From positions 3,782,001-3,846,000 of the forward strand of contig JAYWIR010000014.1 of the NCBI GenBank assembly GCA_036172245.1: DNA of 64,000 bases. Direction: 5' to 3'. Numbering within the stretch: the first letter of the stretch is position 1; each line of letters starts with the position of its first letter. The notes beneath the pieces were generated by a model. The model was not told where the DNA came from. It was given only the letters and a program-made list of their open reading frames with translations, and made no database searches. The DNA is from Raillietiella orientalis (Eukaryota). Both the position numbers and the translations under genes were made by a program. This document shows, one piece after another, positions 61,118 through 64,000 of this stretch.

Positions 61118-64000
61118 CGCCCCCCACCTCTCCCGCCCCTCGTGTTTCGCTTTTGTCTCACCTCTCCCTCGGCCCCGCGCACGCCTCGGGAGGGGAAGGA
61201 GAAAGGAGGACGCCCGGGGCGGGTTCCTCTCCTGGAGGGAGACGCGCTTCGGGCGTCCGGCTTTTGAGGGGTCGGGAGGGAGGGAGTCTCGGGGGTCCCC
61301 AGGGTGGGGCAGGACGCGGCGGTTTGAGTGGTCGGCAGGGGACCGGTAGGGGGAAGGGAACCCTGGTCGCCCTTGCTTGTCCACCCTGCCGCTGGGACGC
61401 ACCCTCTTCCACTTCCTCCCTCGACGACTTCTCCCCAAGCGACCCCACAGGGCTGTGGGACCCCGCTGGAGGCTTTGGAAAGCCGTTGCTCCTGGAGTCC
61501 CCCTCCTCCTGGACCCGGGACAGCAGTCTGGTGAGGAGGGAAGAGGGAGGGGAGGTGCGTCCAGTTCCCTGCTCGTTTCCCCTCCCTCTCTCCATTAGGA
61601 GACCAGCAGGGGAGGGGGAAAGGGTCGTCGCAGTGGACTCAGAAGAAGAACGGAGCTTTATGGGGACGTCGTGGGTATTCCGCCCGCACCGATGACGCGC
61701 GCCCACTGTCTCAGAGCCTGCGTAGGCGTAGCGTTCAGCGAGTGTGGAAGGGAAGCGAAGGGGGGAGGGGAGGAGGTTTGGGTGGCGACGCCCTGCCGCG
61801 GCCAGACCTCGCCCCTTCGAGGCAGCGGTTCCTCCACGAGGAGCGAAGGGCCGGCCGCGCGTCCCGGAGGACGAACGTTCCTTCCCCCCTTCGCGCGGCG
61901 GACCAAGGGGGGTGCCACTGCCTGGAGATGCGCCTCCGCGGCGGGCGGCGCGCGCGCGTTCTTGGCACACGTCCACGGGGAGGGCACCAAAAATAGCTGC
62001 CCGAGGAGGCGGGGCGCGAGGGGACGCGTCGGCTGCATGCGCCTGCCTGCTGGCCAGGCATCCCGTCGGGAAGCGACGGCGTCTGCTTCCCGACGGAAGA
62101 AACTGGGAGGAGAGGGCGTTTCCGGTCGAGGAGACGCCGGTCCCGATTGGGAACGGCGGCGGCTGCGGGGGGAAGATGAAGGGAGGAGGAACGACCCCTG
62201 GATCAGGGAAAGCTGCGCCGCCGCCGCTGCGCTGCTGGCCGCTTGCCAGCGGCGCGTCCTCCGCTGCCCTCCGGCGTCCTCGCAGCCGCCGTCCGTGCCT
62301 CCTTGGGGGGAAGAGGGGGGGGGAACCCATCCGTGCGGCGCGGCGCCCTGTTGGGTTCTTTGCATGTTTCCTCGCGCTCCCTAGCAGCGGAGGAAAGGGT
62401 GAGCGGACGGGAGCAGCTTCCGGGAAGTGGGGGGCGAGTGAGGGTGGGGTCGGCGACAGAGAGCGGCTGGTCCCCGAGAGAGGGGGGGGAGAGAGGAAGG
62501 GGCCCATCTCGTTCCCTTTTCCAGAGGAGTGGGAGTGTCCGGTGCGCCGGAGAGGGACATCCACCCTCCCCGCCCCTGCAGTGATGGCGGAAACGGGCGT
62601 GTGGCGTGGCCTGCCCTCCGCCGGGATGCTCGCCGCGCTCAGGGGCTTCCCGGAGTGGTGGTCGATCGCGCCTGGAAATCCGCGGAAGCGCGAGGCGGGA
62701 GTGTCGCGGGAGTTGAAGAAGGAGGGGGTGGACAGGATCAGCGAGGACAGGAGGGAGGTAGAACGGGAGGGGAGAGTCTCCTGTTGGGGGAGCATCCCAG
62801 AGGCAGGAGCATCGTCATCGTACCCCTCCCACCCCTAGTGTCTCCCCTGCGCTGCCTTTCCTTCCCCCCCCCAACGATGCATGGGAGAGAAGCTACGTCT
62901 CCTGGAGACGCAGCAGCATTTCCCGTGGCGGACTCCGGACCACCACTGCCGCAATCCTCTTTTTGCCTTTCCGGCGGCGCTGCCACTGCTTCCCTTCCTC
63001 TCCGCTGGAGGGGGGGCTCGTCGCCAGCGGAGCGCTTGCGCTGCTCCTGCGACGTGGCGGCGTGTCCGTTTTGAGTCCTCCCTCCCTCCCGCGAGGGACG
63101 GAGGGAGGAAGAGGGGGATGGCTCACCCGGCAGCATCCGAACCTCTCCGCGAGAGGGGCCTCGTTCGCTTACCAGGCCCTCCGGAGAAAGGCGGCGGTGG
63201 GAGGGAGGGGCGGGGTGAAAGAGGAGGCGAGTGAAAGCAAAGAAATTTGGGCGCAGATCTTCCGCCGCCGGATGCAGAGCGCTGCGCGGAGGCTGCGCAG
63301 GGACTTTTTCAAACCGTCCAGGGCCACCTCGCGAGCCAACTCCTCCCGCCGAGGGTCTTTCCACCGTCCCTCGGGAACGCCGATCAGCTCTTCTTTCCCC
63401 TCGGCCAGAAGGCTGGCGGACGACCGGCGCATGTCCTCACCCCCCCCCCCCCCCCACGGCACTCCATGTTTCCCTGGCAACCTGTCGAGCTGGCAGAGAG
63501 CGACGAGACGACCCCTCGCTGGCCGGGAAGCGAAACTCAGGCCTCCTGGTGTTCTCCAGGGAGTGTGTCCTCCCCGAGAGACCCTCAGGACTCTCTCCCA
63601 GGGTCGGAGCGAGAGCCACCTCGGCCCCCTTTCTCCCCGGGGGAGAGCCCCGACGGTCCGGAATGCGCTTCCCCCGGGCGAGAAAAGAGACGAAGAACTG
63701 CTTTGGGAGGGCAACGGGCGTGCGTGGGGAAGCCCTGGCGAGCGGGAGCGGTCCAGAGGTCATCCGAGCGGCCAGCGAGGGAGATCCTTTTTCTCCTTCC
63801 TCCCTCAGTGGAGCCTGTCGACTCTCTGCAGGGCCGACGGACGGAAGGGTCAGGCGCCCCTTCCCAGAGCGTCCTACCTCTCCTTGTCCGCGCTGGCGCC
63901 TCAGCTTCCCCTGCTCCTTCATCGCGTGGCAGGGGAGGGGGAGGCAACTCTTTCTCTCCCTTCCCCTCCCCATGGCACCCCACACCCCCGCGGTTTCTCC

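Noticed and set aside
61158..62838. 545-aa minus and 364-aa plus ORFs as single-exon genes
   Set aside because: Low-complexity P/R/G/S composition with nearly all six frames open at ~70% GC; only small parts might be real exons.
1..64000. Prokaryotic systems (CRISPR array, operons, rRNA, intact tRNA)
   Set aside because: No regularly spaced repeat-spacer array, rRNA or complete tRNA cloverleaf seen; the genes are spliced and eukaryotic.

Overview
Eukaryotic (arthropod-like, possibly chelicerate; taxon is inference) genomic DNA with spliced genes, many with very short 43-57 nt introns. GC content rises by eye from about 30-35% at the left to about 65-70% in the last 4.5 kb. Genes I can model by hand: (1) the 3' half of PCYT2/Pect (ethanolamine-phosphate cytidylyltransferase), with a 7.9 kb intron; (2) two divergent glycogenin-like (GT8) paralogues that have both lost the DxD and GDQG motifs, one nested antisense in the PCYT2 intron with an N-terminal hydrophobic anchor and one at about 26.2-27.1 kb, plus a possible decayed third copy at the window start; (3) a roughly 1,190-aa orphan multi-exon gene; (4) a secreted clip-domain serine-protease homologue (catalytic Ser replaced by Gly); (5) a TNF-family ligand (eiger-like); (6) a gbb/60A-class BMP whose interchain-disulfide Cys is replaced by Arg. 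Other elements: a decayed RT+CCHC+REL non-LTR retrotransposon (R2 superfamily, NeSL/Utopia-like), a ~134 bp mitochondrial nad1 insertion (NUMT), twin perfect hairpins at 28.9 kb, a 61-nt hairpin at 50.3 kb and a homeodomain/TALE site cluster in the gbb intron. All homology calls come from motif recognition and reference sequences recalled from memory; no database search was run. The best candidate for something undescribed is the apparent family of catalytically dead glycogenin-like proteins.
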